Part shown: in pieces, positions 41,198-50,514 of the stretch
Numbering within the stretch: position 1 is the stretch's first letter
How the letters are laid out: each line of letters opens with the position of its first letter
Source of the DNA: a virus
Lineage: Duplodnaviria > Caudoviricetes
IMG/VR virus record: IMGVR_UViG_3300021431_004083
Coordinates: 128,001-192,000 of that record
Length of the DNA stretch: 64,000 bases
Reading direction: 5' to 3' (one strand)
Translations under genes and position numbers: made by a program
The notes under the pieces: model-generated
The model's database searches: none
What the model was told of the DNA's origin: nothing
The model's input: only the letters and a program-made list of their open reading frames with translations

Positions 41198-41260
41198 GAT
41201 ACAATCTCCTTTCCATTTTACTAAAAACATTATACAGCAAACTAAAAGATTAATCAAGAC

Positions 41261-41291
41261 AAAAAAAATGGACCAAGACAGGTCTCGGCCC
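41261..41291 (-). terminator. Rho-independent terminator
   Basis: gggccgagac-ct-gtcttggtcc followed by a T-run on the - strand. Confidence 0.65.
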
Positions 41292-41323
41292 AACAAAAAT
41301 CTATTCTCTGCAACCAATATCCA

Positions 41324-41372
41324 TTTAGCAGAGATTACTTTATACCGTGTTTTAATTATATAATTGACTGAA
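41324..41372 (-). repeat. Third copy of the ~50-bp repeat at 8696 and 8920
   Basis: Reverse complement ttcagtcaattatataattaaaacacggtataaagtaatctctgctaaa. Confidence 0.75.
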
Positions 41373-41398
41373 GCAAAAACAAAATGTCAAGCGTTACA

Positions 41399-42565
41399 TT
41401 ACCAATCACTTGTGAAGCTATTACACTCGCCGAACAGACCTTCGTCTGTCAGCTGACTGATTTTGTAACCATCATCCGTTTTCTTTAAAATAATGTTAGA
41501 AAAACGAGTCATATCCTGATTCCAGTCAGCGAGCTTATAATGCCACGCAAGCTTATAACCGAAATTCACGAGAATCAAATCGTCAGTGATATATTGAACG
41601 GTTCCGTCAGGACGAGCTTGTACAGTAACCATATTGAACTTATCGTTACCGCTCGAACCTTGGTTGCTCATACTCTTGAAGCCGTCAACGATACGTGTTG
41701 CAATATCGGGGTCAGCGTCAGAAGAAAGGTAAGAATTCAACAAATCATTCGCGTTCTTACCGTCAAGCCAGTCTTTATACATGGCATTCCATGTATCCTT
41801 AATATACGTAAATATTTTATCTTTCTCAGCTGCTTCCACGTCATAAAACAGCATATAAGTATCCTCACCTTTACTCGCGAGCTCATTATTCGCTGTCGTC
41901 GGCAACGATTTCTCAATCGTGTAATTCGGACAGGTGAGCTTCACATTAACGCCCTTTTTTCCGACATAAGGCAACGTCCAATCACAAGACGTACCGCAAC
42001 CCCCGGTATTGGACTTTGAAACGAATTCCGGACCGACGGTTTTGCCGTTGACGGTAACTGCCACCTTTCCCGGTGTTCTGAACGAATAATTCTGATAATA
42101 AAAATCAGAAGTATCGACCTTCCACTCATTCTTATCATTCAACACCGTGTTGATTTGAACATGAGCGACCTCAGTCTCGTCCTTCATACAAGCAGCTGTA
42201 ACGACACTGTGGTCGTCACCGGACTTATAAGAAGATGATAAGTCCACTGTCGTGTCCCGCACAGACTCATCTGTCAAATCAGCAAACGAACTTCTCGGCA
42301 AGGCAAACTCAATATCTTCGTCTGACAAAAATGCCTTATCAGCGTCAATATTCAGACACTGAATAACGGAAGCATAATCTTTTGCTTTAATAGCGTCGAC
42401 AAACGACCGTACAACCTCAACATCCTTAGATGTCTTAACTGCCTTTTCGTTTGCCGTAACAGAAGAACCTTCTGCAGGCTGCTCCTCTTTTGCCTTACCG
42501 CAAGCAACCAATGTACCGGCAGCGACTACGGCACACAAACCGAGCGCTAAAATCCTTTTTAACAT
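41399..42565 (-). CDS. Lipoprotein of unknown function
   Basis: Lipobox LVACG; 388 aa. Confidence 0.75.
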   Translation of the reverse strand: MLKRILALGLCAVVAAGTLVACGKAKEEQPAEGSSVTANEKAVKTSKDVEVVRSFVDAIKAKDYASVIQCLNIDADKAFLSDEDIEFALPRSSFADLTDESVRDTTVDLSSSYKSGDDHSVVTAACMKDETEVAHVQINTVLNDKNEWKVDTSDFYYQNYSFRTPGKVAVTVNGKTVGPEFVSKSNTGGCGTSCDWTLPYVGKKGVNVKLTCPNYTIEKSLPTTANNELASKGEDTYMLFYDVEAAEKDKIFTYIKDTWNAMYKDWLDGKNANDLLNSYLSSDADPDIATRIVDGFKSMSNQGSSGNDKFNMVTVQARPDGTVQYITDDLILVNFGYKLAWHYKLADWNQDMTRFSNIILKKTDDGYKISQLTDEGLFGECNSFTSDW

Positions 42566-42795
42566 AAAACCTTTCCTTTCTTACTTAAGCTTTTTCTATA
42601 GCTTCTAAAATACGTTTTTTTAGAATCGTTAGGATTGACAATAGCTTCAACTCCGCCGAAACAGTCATAATCTTCAAGCTCGATGCTGTTGTTCATGCAC
42701 CACTGAGACACGATCAAATCATACTTATTGAACATCTCAGCGGCTCTTTTTCGCTTGTCGAGTGAATCTCTGATATAACGAGGAACCTCCAACAA
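42559..42795 (-). CDS. Small hypothetical protein with probable 1-nt homopolymer frameshift near the 3' end
   Basis: TTG start behind aaagga; removing one A of the A7 run gives a natural end SKKRILEAIEKA-stop. Confidence 0.5.
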   Translation of the reverse strand: MLEVPRYIRDSLDKRKRAAEMFNKYDLIVSQWCMNNSIELEDYDCFGGVEAIVNPNDSKKTYFRSYRKSLSKKGKVLC

Positions 42796-42925
42796 AATCA
42801 ATCCTTTCACAGCAAAATTGTAACATAACACATAACAAATTGCAATAGTTTCTGACAAAAAAGACAGGGAGAAAATCTCCCTGTCAAACATCCTTTCATA
42901 TATAAATCATAAGCTGATTATATCA

Positions 42926-43543
42926 CTAACAATCAAACGAAGGGACGGCGTCGTCACAATCCTTCAAATCAGATACATCAGGCATACGTCGCTCGTCCTT
43001 CTGTTCCCCGAACTCTTCGGCCAAAGAATCAAAAAGAGATGTATCATCCAAAAAGGACTGAACGATATCAGATGGCGCAAAGCCTGTCCGCTCATAAAAA
43101 CAAGCCAAGCTGCCGCGCACAAGCGATTGCGAATCATAAGAAGACCGCCGCCACTCTTTTGTTGTATCAAAGACCGTATCAGGAGAATAAGCGGGTTCTT
43201 TATAAGAAGACAATGCTGTTTTGCAGCGAGCATCCTTTTTGATGACAGCCATATCAACATCACTATCATATCCGAAAACGCGAATCGCGTCAACAAACTC
43301 TCTTGTATTTTCATCAAGAACTCGACTCTTTTCCACAAGTCTCGCTTGAGATTCAACATAATGTCCGACGTAATCTGATAACTCAGTATCAGCACCACTG
43401 ATAACATTACCGATAGCTTTCTTAAACAAACGCATCTCGGCAAACATAACAGCATCAGATCGAGACAAACCGGAAGTTTGCATCTCATCCGCGCAATGCT
43501 CCATGATTCTCACCCACTCAGGGTTGATTTTCAAATTACCCAT
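42926..43543 (-). CDS. Hypothetical protein with RRMPDV C-terminal tail
   Basis: RBS gaggtg; ~205 aa; downstream stem gacaggga-gaaaatc-tccctgtc. Confidence 0.65.
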   Translation of the reverse strand: MGNLKINPEWVRIMEHCADEMQTSGLSRSDAVMFAEMRLFKKAIGNVISGADTELSDYVGHYVESQARLVEKSRVLDENTREFVDAIRVFGYDSDVDMAVIKKDARCKTALSSYKEPAYSPDTVFDTTKEWRRSSYDSQSLVRGSLACFYERTGFAPSDIVQSFLDDTSLFDSLAEEFGEQKDERRMPDVSDLKDCDDAVPSFDC

Positions 43544-43606
43544 ATAACATACACACCTCAATATCATTCAACGAAAATTAATTTTTATATCATATTGTCA
43601 ATGTCC

Positions 43607-44380
43607 TCAGCAACAATCCCACGTGAGAACAGCCTTTTCAAAATTACGATTCTTCAGGTCGTTTTCGGACATCAGCGCACACAAAATGCCCGCGTCACCG
43701 ATATCAAATTTCTTCATATCAACACAGGAATCAAGCTTGAACAAACAAACATCCATTCCGTCAGCTTCTCTCGGACGGATATCCTCTTGTGTGAAATCAG
43801 CGTACCCACCAATTGTGACATAATTTCCGACAACATTGTTGTAGAAAATCTCGGAAGCACTTTTACCGTTTTCTTGCGAAAAAATGTCATTCAAACCAAA
43901 ATAACCTTTGATATCTTTCCCTGTAACCTGTTCCGTGATTTCCTCAACCAGATTGTCGCATCGATAGTCTGATATCGGCATGTACTCCATACCCTGCTTT
44001 GTATTGATTTTATAACCACGCAAGCAAACAAAGTCCTTGAAATTAATATAAGGCAAATCTGTTTGATATTTCTGATTCTCGGAATAGTATCTAACAACAC
44101 AATTCCATGGCCATGTGAGCGTTGCCGGAGCAAAAATTTCCAGAATACCGGTCTGTGGAAAATCTCGTACCAAAACGTCTTTACAGTTTATCTGGAGCAG
44201 CAACGCCATCGGCTCTCCGCTCTCATCGACAGGATATTTCTCCCCTACAGGGAGATACGGAACTCCGCCGATTTTATTATCAAGAATATCAGGGATTTCT
44301 TCCGTCACTTCAACGGCGCAGCAATTACGTTCCGTCTGTTTTTTATACGCATCAATGATTTGTTGTAATTGTTCATTCAT
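43607..44380 (-). CDS. YwqG/DUF1963 family protein
   Basis: KIGGVPYLP, PMALLLQIN, IGGYADFTQED, GDAG and DLKNRNFEKAVLTWDCC. Confidence 0.85.
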   Translation of the reverse strand: MNEQLQQIIDAYKKQTERNCCAVEVTEEIPDILDNKIGGVPYLPVGEKYPVDESGEPMALLLQINCKDVLVRDFPQTGILEIFAPATLTWPWNCVVRYYSENQKYQTDLPYINFKDFVCLRGYKINTKQGMEYMPISDYRCDNLVEEITEQVTGKDIKGYFGLNDIFSQENGKSASEIFYNNVVGNYVTIGGYADFTQEDIRPREADGMDVCLFKLDSCVDMKKFDIGDAGILCALMSENDLKNRNFEKAVLTWDCC

Positions 44381-45051
44381 ACTTCATCACAATCCTCTTC
44401 ATCGATGCGAGCAGTCGGACGTTGTTCAATCACAGCCAAATTGATATCATTCTGTAAACCTACAGGGTCATACTCTCGCCAACTGACAATAGACTTATTT
44501 TGGTCAAAAACCGCATGTATCTCATCATAGATATCTTCCCATCTATAAACACGAACGAGACCGTTTTCTTCACAATTGACGTCCGCATTGTGCGGCATAT
44601 CAAATAACAGCTTGAAAGGACAGCGAGAATTGATAACGTTATTTTTCCAATCGTCAATTATCACGTCACCCGCCAAAATCGACTTATCTCTTGTGACAAT
44701 AACGCTGTCCCAAGAAACAAACGGAAGATAAAATTGAAGCATCTCGAACTTCGGCTTTACATTCATATAATGCGTTGCCGTAGCAAAACGAACGTCATGT
44801 CCTTCTTCCATGAGACGTTTAATGACTGTATCGGCATTCGGCTTGAGACGAACTCTTCGCCACAGCTCTGAGCCTTTCAACGGAGCGTAGATTTCTTCAT
44901 CCGTCAAAGTCGGAAAAAACAATCTCATATCGAAATTGTTAATATTGGAAACCTTCACATCCAAATGGTGCTCCTCATTGAGCATTTCAACCCAGTATTT
45001 GAGTAAATCCCATACAACATCATCAATATCTACAAAAATTAACATACACAT
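44377..45051 (-). CDS. 5'(3')-deoxyribonucleotidase (NT5C, HAD)
   Basis: IFVDIDDVV, FATA, DKSIL, GDVIIDD and MPHN. Confidence 0.85.
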   Translation of the reverse strand: MCMLIFVDIDDVVWDLLKYWVEMLNEEHHLDVKVSNINNFDMRLFFPTLTDEEIYAPLKGSELWRRVRLKPNADTVIKRLMEEGHDVRFATATHYMNVKPKFEMLQFYLPFVSWDSVIVTRDKSILAGDVIIDDWKNNVINSRCPFKLLFDMPHNADVNCEENGLVRVYRWEDIYDEIHAVFDQNKSIVSWREYDPVGLQNDINLAVIEQRPTARIDEEDCDEV

Positions 45052-45065
45052 TCACCTTTTTTAAT

Positions 45066-45278
45066 TTAGTCCAAACCGAGTGCGTTATACGGCACTTCGC
45101 AAATCTTTTCGCAATTAAAATCTTCACCTGTGTCTTTGCAGGTGATGACAAATACTGTTTCTGCTTTATCACGACGGGCCTTATGTTCAAATACACAATC
45201 AATTATGATATAGAACGACATCACAACAAAACAGATAACCAGAAGAGCAAGTATAATAAAGAAAACTGTAATAATCAT
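45066..45278 (-). CDS. Small membrane protein
   Basis: Single long hydrophobic helix. Confidence 0.45.
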   Translation of the reverse strand: MIITVFFIILALLVICFVVMSFYIIIDCVFEHKARRDKAETVFVITCKDTGEDFNCEKICEVPYNALGLD

Positions 45279-45294
45279 TCTTTTACCCCACTCG

Positions 45295-45501
45295 TCAAAC
45301 AGGAAGATTGCGATACACATCTAACAACGTTTCATCAGGTTCATCTGTACAATCCAAATAACTGTCTGTCCTAACACCTGCGTTCAAAACAGCTCGATGG
45401 TCAACAAATTCATCAGTAGGGTATGACGGCTCACCCTGAGCATGTCTTATCACAGCTCCGTATCGTTCGGGACCAACACCACCAATAAGCATATATATCA
45501 A
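45295..45501 (-). CDS. Small hypothetical protein
   Basis: 68-aa ORF in operon context. Confidence 0.45.
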   Translation of the reverse strand: MIYMLIGGVGPERYGAVIRHAQGEPSYPTDEFVDHRAVLNAGVRTDSYLDCTDEPDETLLDVYRNLPV

Positions 45502-45766
45502 CTCCGTTTCTTTTTATAAAAATCGTCATCGATGCGAACCCAAACTGTCAAATATCACACACCAAAACCATTTTGATATGTATTGACTGCGTTTGCTCGC
45601 CGCTACTAACAGACAGATATCGACAGGACGTCATCTTTCATTGCCGAAGCCAACCATCCGCACCGATGCTTAGTCACGCCGTTGCACAGCTTCAGCTCCA
45701 TGCTCAGGCAAAAAATTATCAAGAACCGCGATAGACAAATTCGAACGTACCTTGGTTCTTGATAAT

Positions 45767-45795
45767 ATTGTATCACATTCTCTCTCGAAAATCAA
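45767..45795 (-). promoter_or_regulatory. SigA-type promoter abutting a 13-bp inverted repeat
   Basis: TTGATT-17-TACAAT with TG extension; IR attatcaagaacc at 45715-45727 / 45754-45766. Confidence 0.55.
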
Positions 45796-45810
45796 GGGTT
45801 TTTGCACATA

Positions 45811-46272
45811 TTACTCGATAGAAAAAGACAATGCATTAAACAACTTTTCAGCAAGCGCTTTATCGCAATTATAATCAACAAGGATATATGTATTATCACT
45901 GATAACACCAATGAACCCTGTAATATTGTTCGTACCGTCATTATATGTACGCTCATAACAATCACGCAAGCTCTTATGTGAAAAAACTGTGCCGGACGCC
46001 GAAATGGTCGACAGCAAAGAAGCCCCGTTTTCTTTTCCCATAAAAATGCCGCCTGCTACCTGTTTCGTCTCATCCGTCCCCTTAACTAAAAACGTCACGC
46101 CGTCGACATTACTCTGAGACAAATGATATCCGTCAGTATCAACCATCGATACATTAACAGAATCACCTGTTTCAACATTAAACGTATACGAACGACTCGT
46201 TGACGACGAACAAGCGACTAACGAAAAAACCAACACGAGCGCACACAAAGATAAACATACAATCCGTTTCAC
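45811..46272 (-). CDS. Small lipoprotein
   Basis: GTG start; lipobox LVACS. Confidence 0.7.
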   Translation of the reverse strand: MKRIVCLSLCALVLVFSLVACSSSTSRSYTFNVETGDSVNVSMVDTDGYHLSQSNVDGVTFLVKGTDETKQVAGGIFMGKENGASLLSTISASGTVFSHKSLRDCYERTYNDGTNNITGFIGVISDNTYILVDYNCDKALAEKLFNALSFSIE

Positions 46273-46363
46273 AACAACACACATCCTTAAAAAAAATATT
46301 GCCGAGGGAAAATACCCCTCGGCAATACTATAACATATCTTTATAATAAAATCAAGAAAACAA

Positions 46364-49156
46364 TTAGCGTGTAAATGTATAACCGTCTTTCTTGAAATAC
46401 GACAAATGGTTGCCGTTTTTGTCAAGCGCTCTTATCGTATAAGTACGAGTTTCACCTTTCGCGATAGACGTATCAAGATACTTAGTTTTCTTTATGTCCT
46501 CAAGCTTTGTCCACGAACCCTTATCGTTCTTATAATAGATACGATAAGACGCGGCGCCCTTGTATTTATCAAAGGACAACTCAAGTCCCTTAGATAAACT
46601 ACGAGCTTGAGTGATTTGTGGATAGAAAGACAACGCATAAGGTTCCCTGACGTCGCCAATACGATTACCCTTTGCGTTCAAGGCTGTAATACGATAATAA
46701 CGAACAGGGTCGTTTCTGTTTTCACTGTCGGTATAGGTGAGAGAAGACGTTGTTGTGAGCGTCTTATAAGAAACGCCGTCATAACTCCGCTCAACACGAT
46801 ACTTCGCAGCCTGCGGATAAAAACGCCAAACCAAAGTAGCCTTATTGGCAGCGATATCCTTAGCGGACCTCAAATAAGGGAAACGAGGACCAATAACAGA
46901 GGACTTTCCGTTAATCTTAACCAACTCCGGATACGACCAAGGATGACCTGTATAAATCTCATAACCCTTCGGGTCACCGTACACGGTTTTGTTTTTGTTC
47001 CAAATGGTCTTTACATTTTCACCGAAATTGATAGTACCGCCGTCAATCGCAATTGCGTTCATCTCACCTTCAATAACAGAATTCTTGATATTAAAAGTGA
47101 TATTAGCAGAACCGCCCCACTTAACACGAAGACCATGTGTACCGCCCTTGATATGCGTGTTTTCGATATTAACGGTTCCTTTAGCACCTGTATACGAATA
47201 AAAACCGCCATGACGTGTCACACGAGGTGTACCGTCATCAAGGTGACCTTCATTATAATATTCAGCGCGTTTATCTGTCACAGGCGTTGACTCAAAAAGA
47301 CCACCCTTGACATTCAAAGTACCATTCATGGTGGCATAAATACCGCCATGCTCAAAATCATGGTAATGACCGTCATAAATGTTCAGTGTACCTTCGCCGG
47401 AAACGCCCATAGCGGCGTTACCACCGAACATCTCACACGGCTTTTTATAACTAATATCATTTACGCCTTTTTCGGGAACACAAATAACGAGAGCATTACC
47501 CGCAGCAGTAATACCAGAGCTACCGTCTGAATCAACACACTTACCACCGACCAATCGATTGATAGCCGAATCGCAACCGTCGATATTGACACGAGAACAA
47601 CCATAAATATTAATACCATCAGTCCATCTTGTGTCATTACCGGAAAATTGACAATCTACAAAGGACGCTGAACGATAACAATTAACCGTAAAACCTGATA
47701 TTGACTCAGAACCAGAAGAAACCTCAACCTTACGATTTGTATCATTCACATTGATCGTACACCGCTTTATCTCAGCGTCCTTATTATCAGACAAACGACA
47801 AGAGAGATGAATGACATCGGTAGATTCAATACAAGATGCTGTGTAATCAATATACAAATCACACAACTCTATGTTGTCAAAAGAAACAATAGCATCAGTT
47901 GTAGAACTCTGACCAAAGGAAACACCGTCACGCTGCAACTTAAAAGATTCTGTCTTAGATTTATTACAACGCAACTTACCGTTTTTCACAAAGCCACCAT
48001 TTTCCAAAACAATAAGCTTAGTATCGTTACAAGTCAAAGTCTTACCGTTCAAATCAATCGTAACAGGACAATCAAAATGGACACGAGAACCCAACGCAGT
48101 ATTTGACAAAAGCTTAATGACAGGCTCACCATATTCGCCCTTATATGTCATCACCTTTTTATTTGCATTGCTTTCCGAAACATTATTACCTGCGTTGTTA
48201 TTAACAATGGCCTTTGCCGCAGCGTCAAACGACGTATAATAACGAACCGAAGATGGCTTGACTGAATTGGAATTCACATAAGTAACAGTGAATCCCGCTG
48301 CTTTACCTGTTGTCGCATTACCTGTTTTGTTTGTGTACACATCAGCTAATTTCTTATCAACAACAAACGCTGAATCGCCGAAATACGTACCCCTGTAGTT
48401 ATCGCCGCTTTTTCCTCGCAGCGTAAACTCATACTTAGTTCCCGAAGGCACATATTTGTTAAGAGCGGCTTTCTCAAGGTCAATCACACATGCGTAACGA
48501 TTATTGCCGACAGAAACATACTTATCAACAGCGCTTGAAATATTTACCCACACCTTTTTAGTGGGATTCCAAACGTGCGGTATGTAACCCTTAAAATGAG
48601 CACCATTGGCATAAGAATCATTAGCGTAAATTGCCATATACCACTTACCGTTTTTCGACTTTTCGCTCTTATCATTCAGTTTAACGAACTCGACCGAATC
48701 AGCCTTCGGTGTGGGCAGCCAATAAACATACTTTGTCAAATTACTATCCGTAATATGCTTCTTGGAAGAATTCAACGCTCTGACGTCATAACGAACACAA
48801 TAGCCCTCATTCGGGTACAAATGATAAGTCGAAGACAACGTCGTGAGATTTGCGTACGGAGACAATTCGGAAACATACATCGAATATGTCAGTTTACCGT
48901 TTTTCGCAGTAAGAGAACCCGGCGTCTTATCATAGGACTTCCAACCCGTCCAACTGCCGTCTTTCTTTTGGATACTGTAATAAAAACGATAATAACCCGC
49001 GTTCTTCACAGTCGATGTCGTCACGTCAAGACTATGACGATTCGCTGTCGCGTTTATCGACAAGACACTCGCCGCAGAATACGGCGTGATACCAACAGAT
49101 GCCAACATGATACACATAACCAGACACAAAACCAAACTTGCGACCTTTTTCCCCAT
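46364..49156 (-). CDS. Large secreted protein: FN3-like repeats flanking a probable parallel beta-helix
   Basis: Signal peptide; TIDLNGKTL, DGINIYGCSRVNIDGC (beta-helix-like); YRIYYKNDKGSWTKL and YTIRALD (FN3-like). Confidence 0.7.
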   Translation of the reverse strand: MGKKVASLVLCLVMCIMLASVGITPYSAASVLSINATANRHSLDVTTSTVKNAGYYRFYYSIQKKDGSWTGWKSYDKTPGSLTAKNGKLTYSMYVSELSPYANLTTLSSTYHLYPNEGYCVRYDVRALNSSKKHITDSNLTKYVYWLPTPKADSVEFVKLNDKSEKSKNGKWYMAIYANDSYANGAHFKGYIPHVWNPTKKVWVNISSAVDKYVSVGNNRYACVIDLEKAALNKYVPSGTKYEFTLRGKSGDNYRGTYFGDSAFVVDKKLADVYTNKTGNATTGKAAGFTVTYVNSNSVKPSSVRYYTSFDAAAKAIVNNNAGNNVSESNANKKVMTYKGEYGEPVIKLLSNTALGSRVHFDCPVTIDLNGKTLTCNDTKLIVLENGGFVKNGKLRCNKSKTESFKLQRDGVSFGQSSTTDAIVSFDNIELCDLYIDYTASCIESTDVIHLSCRLSDNKDAEIKRCTINVNDTNRKVEVSSGSESISGFTVNCYRSASFVDCQFSGNDTRWTDGINIYGCSRVNIDGCDSAINRLVGGKCVDSDGSSGITAAGNALVICVPEKGVNDISYKKPCEMFGGNAAMGVSGEGTLNIYDGHYHDFEHGGIYATMNGTLNVKGGLFESTPVTDKRAEYYNEGHLDDGTPRVTRHGGFYSYTGAKGTVNIENTHIKGGTHGLRVKWGGSANITFNIKNSVIEGEMNAIAIDGGTINFGENVKTIWNKNKTVYGDPKGYEIYTGHPWSYPELVKINGKSSVIGPRFPYLRSAKDIAANKATLVWRFYPQAAKYRVERSYDGVSYKTLTTTSSLTYTDSENRNDPVRYYRITALNAKGNRIGDVREPYALSFYPQITQARSLSKGLELSFDKYKGAASYRIYYKNDKGSWTKLEDIKKTKYLDTSIAKGETRTYTIRALDKNGNHLSYFKKDGYTFTR

Positions 49157-49348
49157 AACATACATCCTTTCTGAAATAAAATAAAAAGGACACAAGAGCA
49201 ACAGGGAAATTGCAATTGTGCCCTCATAAACCATTTTATGTTAATTTTGCAGAAAAGTCAACAAAATTTTGGAAATTATTTATGCGAAAATGAACCAACT
49301 TATTCTCTTTTATTAAAAATACCCCGCAGACGTATCTGCGGGGTCATA

Positions 49349-50356
49349 TCAAACGTTGGCACCCATAATGAAATAACTGATGTCACAATCCTTCAGCATA
49401 ACATGAGGCCCGTCTGGTTTGTCAACAAGAACCGGCAGGTTGTCAAGGTAATACTCCAAAAAATTACCTGCCTTGAGCTTTACAATTATGTTCTGCGGAA
49501 TAAAAGCCTGCATCTTATTGCAAACAAATGGAAACGTCAGTTTGTAAAACTCACAAAGCTTAGAAGCGTATACAGAAACATTATCGAAGAAAACCTTATG
49601 AGACGGGTCATTACGCTGCAGCATAACAGCAGCAATAGGAGAAATATCCCTCGCCGTCTTAAAGAACAACATCATCAACTCATTACGGTCTTTCTCGTCA
49701 CGAGGAGACATATCCCTATCGTTTAAATACTTTACCGTAGCGTCAAACTGTTCCAATGCCCCCGCAATCGGGTCACCGTCTTTCAGATATACGCCGTTCG
49801 GCTCTTCGAGCAGGACATTCAAAGGGCTCTCGTTCCCTTTGACACGTCCGGGATATTCCGCAAATTCAGGAACAAACCACACACCCGCAATCTTGACGGC
49901 TTTTTCAACACGGCCAAGTTGACACTGACGTTTCGCAGCAGGAACAGACTTACCGTGCTTTTCCGCCCAATCAGAAAGCGGAACATAAAATGTCGCCTCG
50001 TTCATGAAAACATTGAAGACCGCATGGTCAAGAATAACCATAGGACAATCTGTTTTTCTATAAAGCTCGACGACATAATTGTCGTGAATCTGACTTTCTG
50101 TCATGTAATAGACAAAATCACTCTCGTCCCAACAAACAGGACCGTCTTCCGTTGCTAACGGACCAGTCCGCTGTTGTACAATCTCAGACAGATTGTCAGG
50201 GTCGCACAGAACTGCTCTCAAAAGCATTTCATCAAACTCGTACACCTTGCCATCCGGTGCGTACAGATAAAATCTGTCATTCTCAATACCGCACTCCTTT
50301 TCAAGCTCAGTGCGTTTACTTCTTAATACATAAAATTCAACTGCCACTCTACTCAT
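49349..50356 (-). CDS. Protein with central excisionase/MerR-like HTH
   Basis: LSDWAEKHGKS, QCQLGRVEKAVKIAGVWFVP. Confidence 0.6.
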   Translation of the reverse strand: MSRVAVEFYVLRSKRTELEKECGIENDRFYLYAPDGKVYEFDEMLLRAVLCDPDNLSEIVQQRTGPLATEDGPVCWDESDFVYYMTESQIHDNYVVELYRKTDCPMVILDHAVFNVFMNEATFYVPLSDWAEKHGKSVPAAKRQCQLGRVEKAVKIAGVWFVPEFAEYPGRVKGNESPLNVLLEEPNGVYLKDGDPIAGALEQFDATVKYLNDRDMSPRDEKDRNELMMLFFKTARDISPIAAVMLQRNDPSHKVFFDNVSVYASKLCEFYKLTFPFVCNKMQAFIPQNIIVKLKAGNFLEYYLDNLPVLVDKPDGPHVMLKDCDISYFIMGANV

Positions 50357-50514
50357 TCACTCCTTCTTTACTATAGTAGAGATTTTAATACAAAAATATT
50401 ATCGCAAACGTAAAATATAATCATGATTACATTTATATTTTAATCGAAAACGAAACTTTTGTCAAGAGGTTTTGCAAAAAAAAAAATCCCCTCGTAAGAG
50501 GGGACTTTAATATA

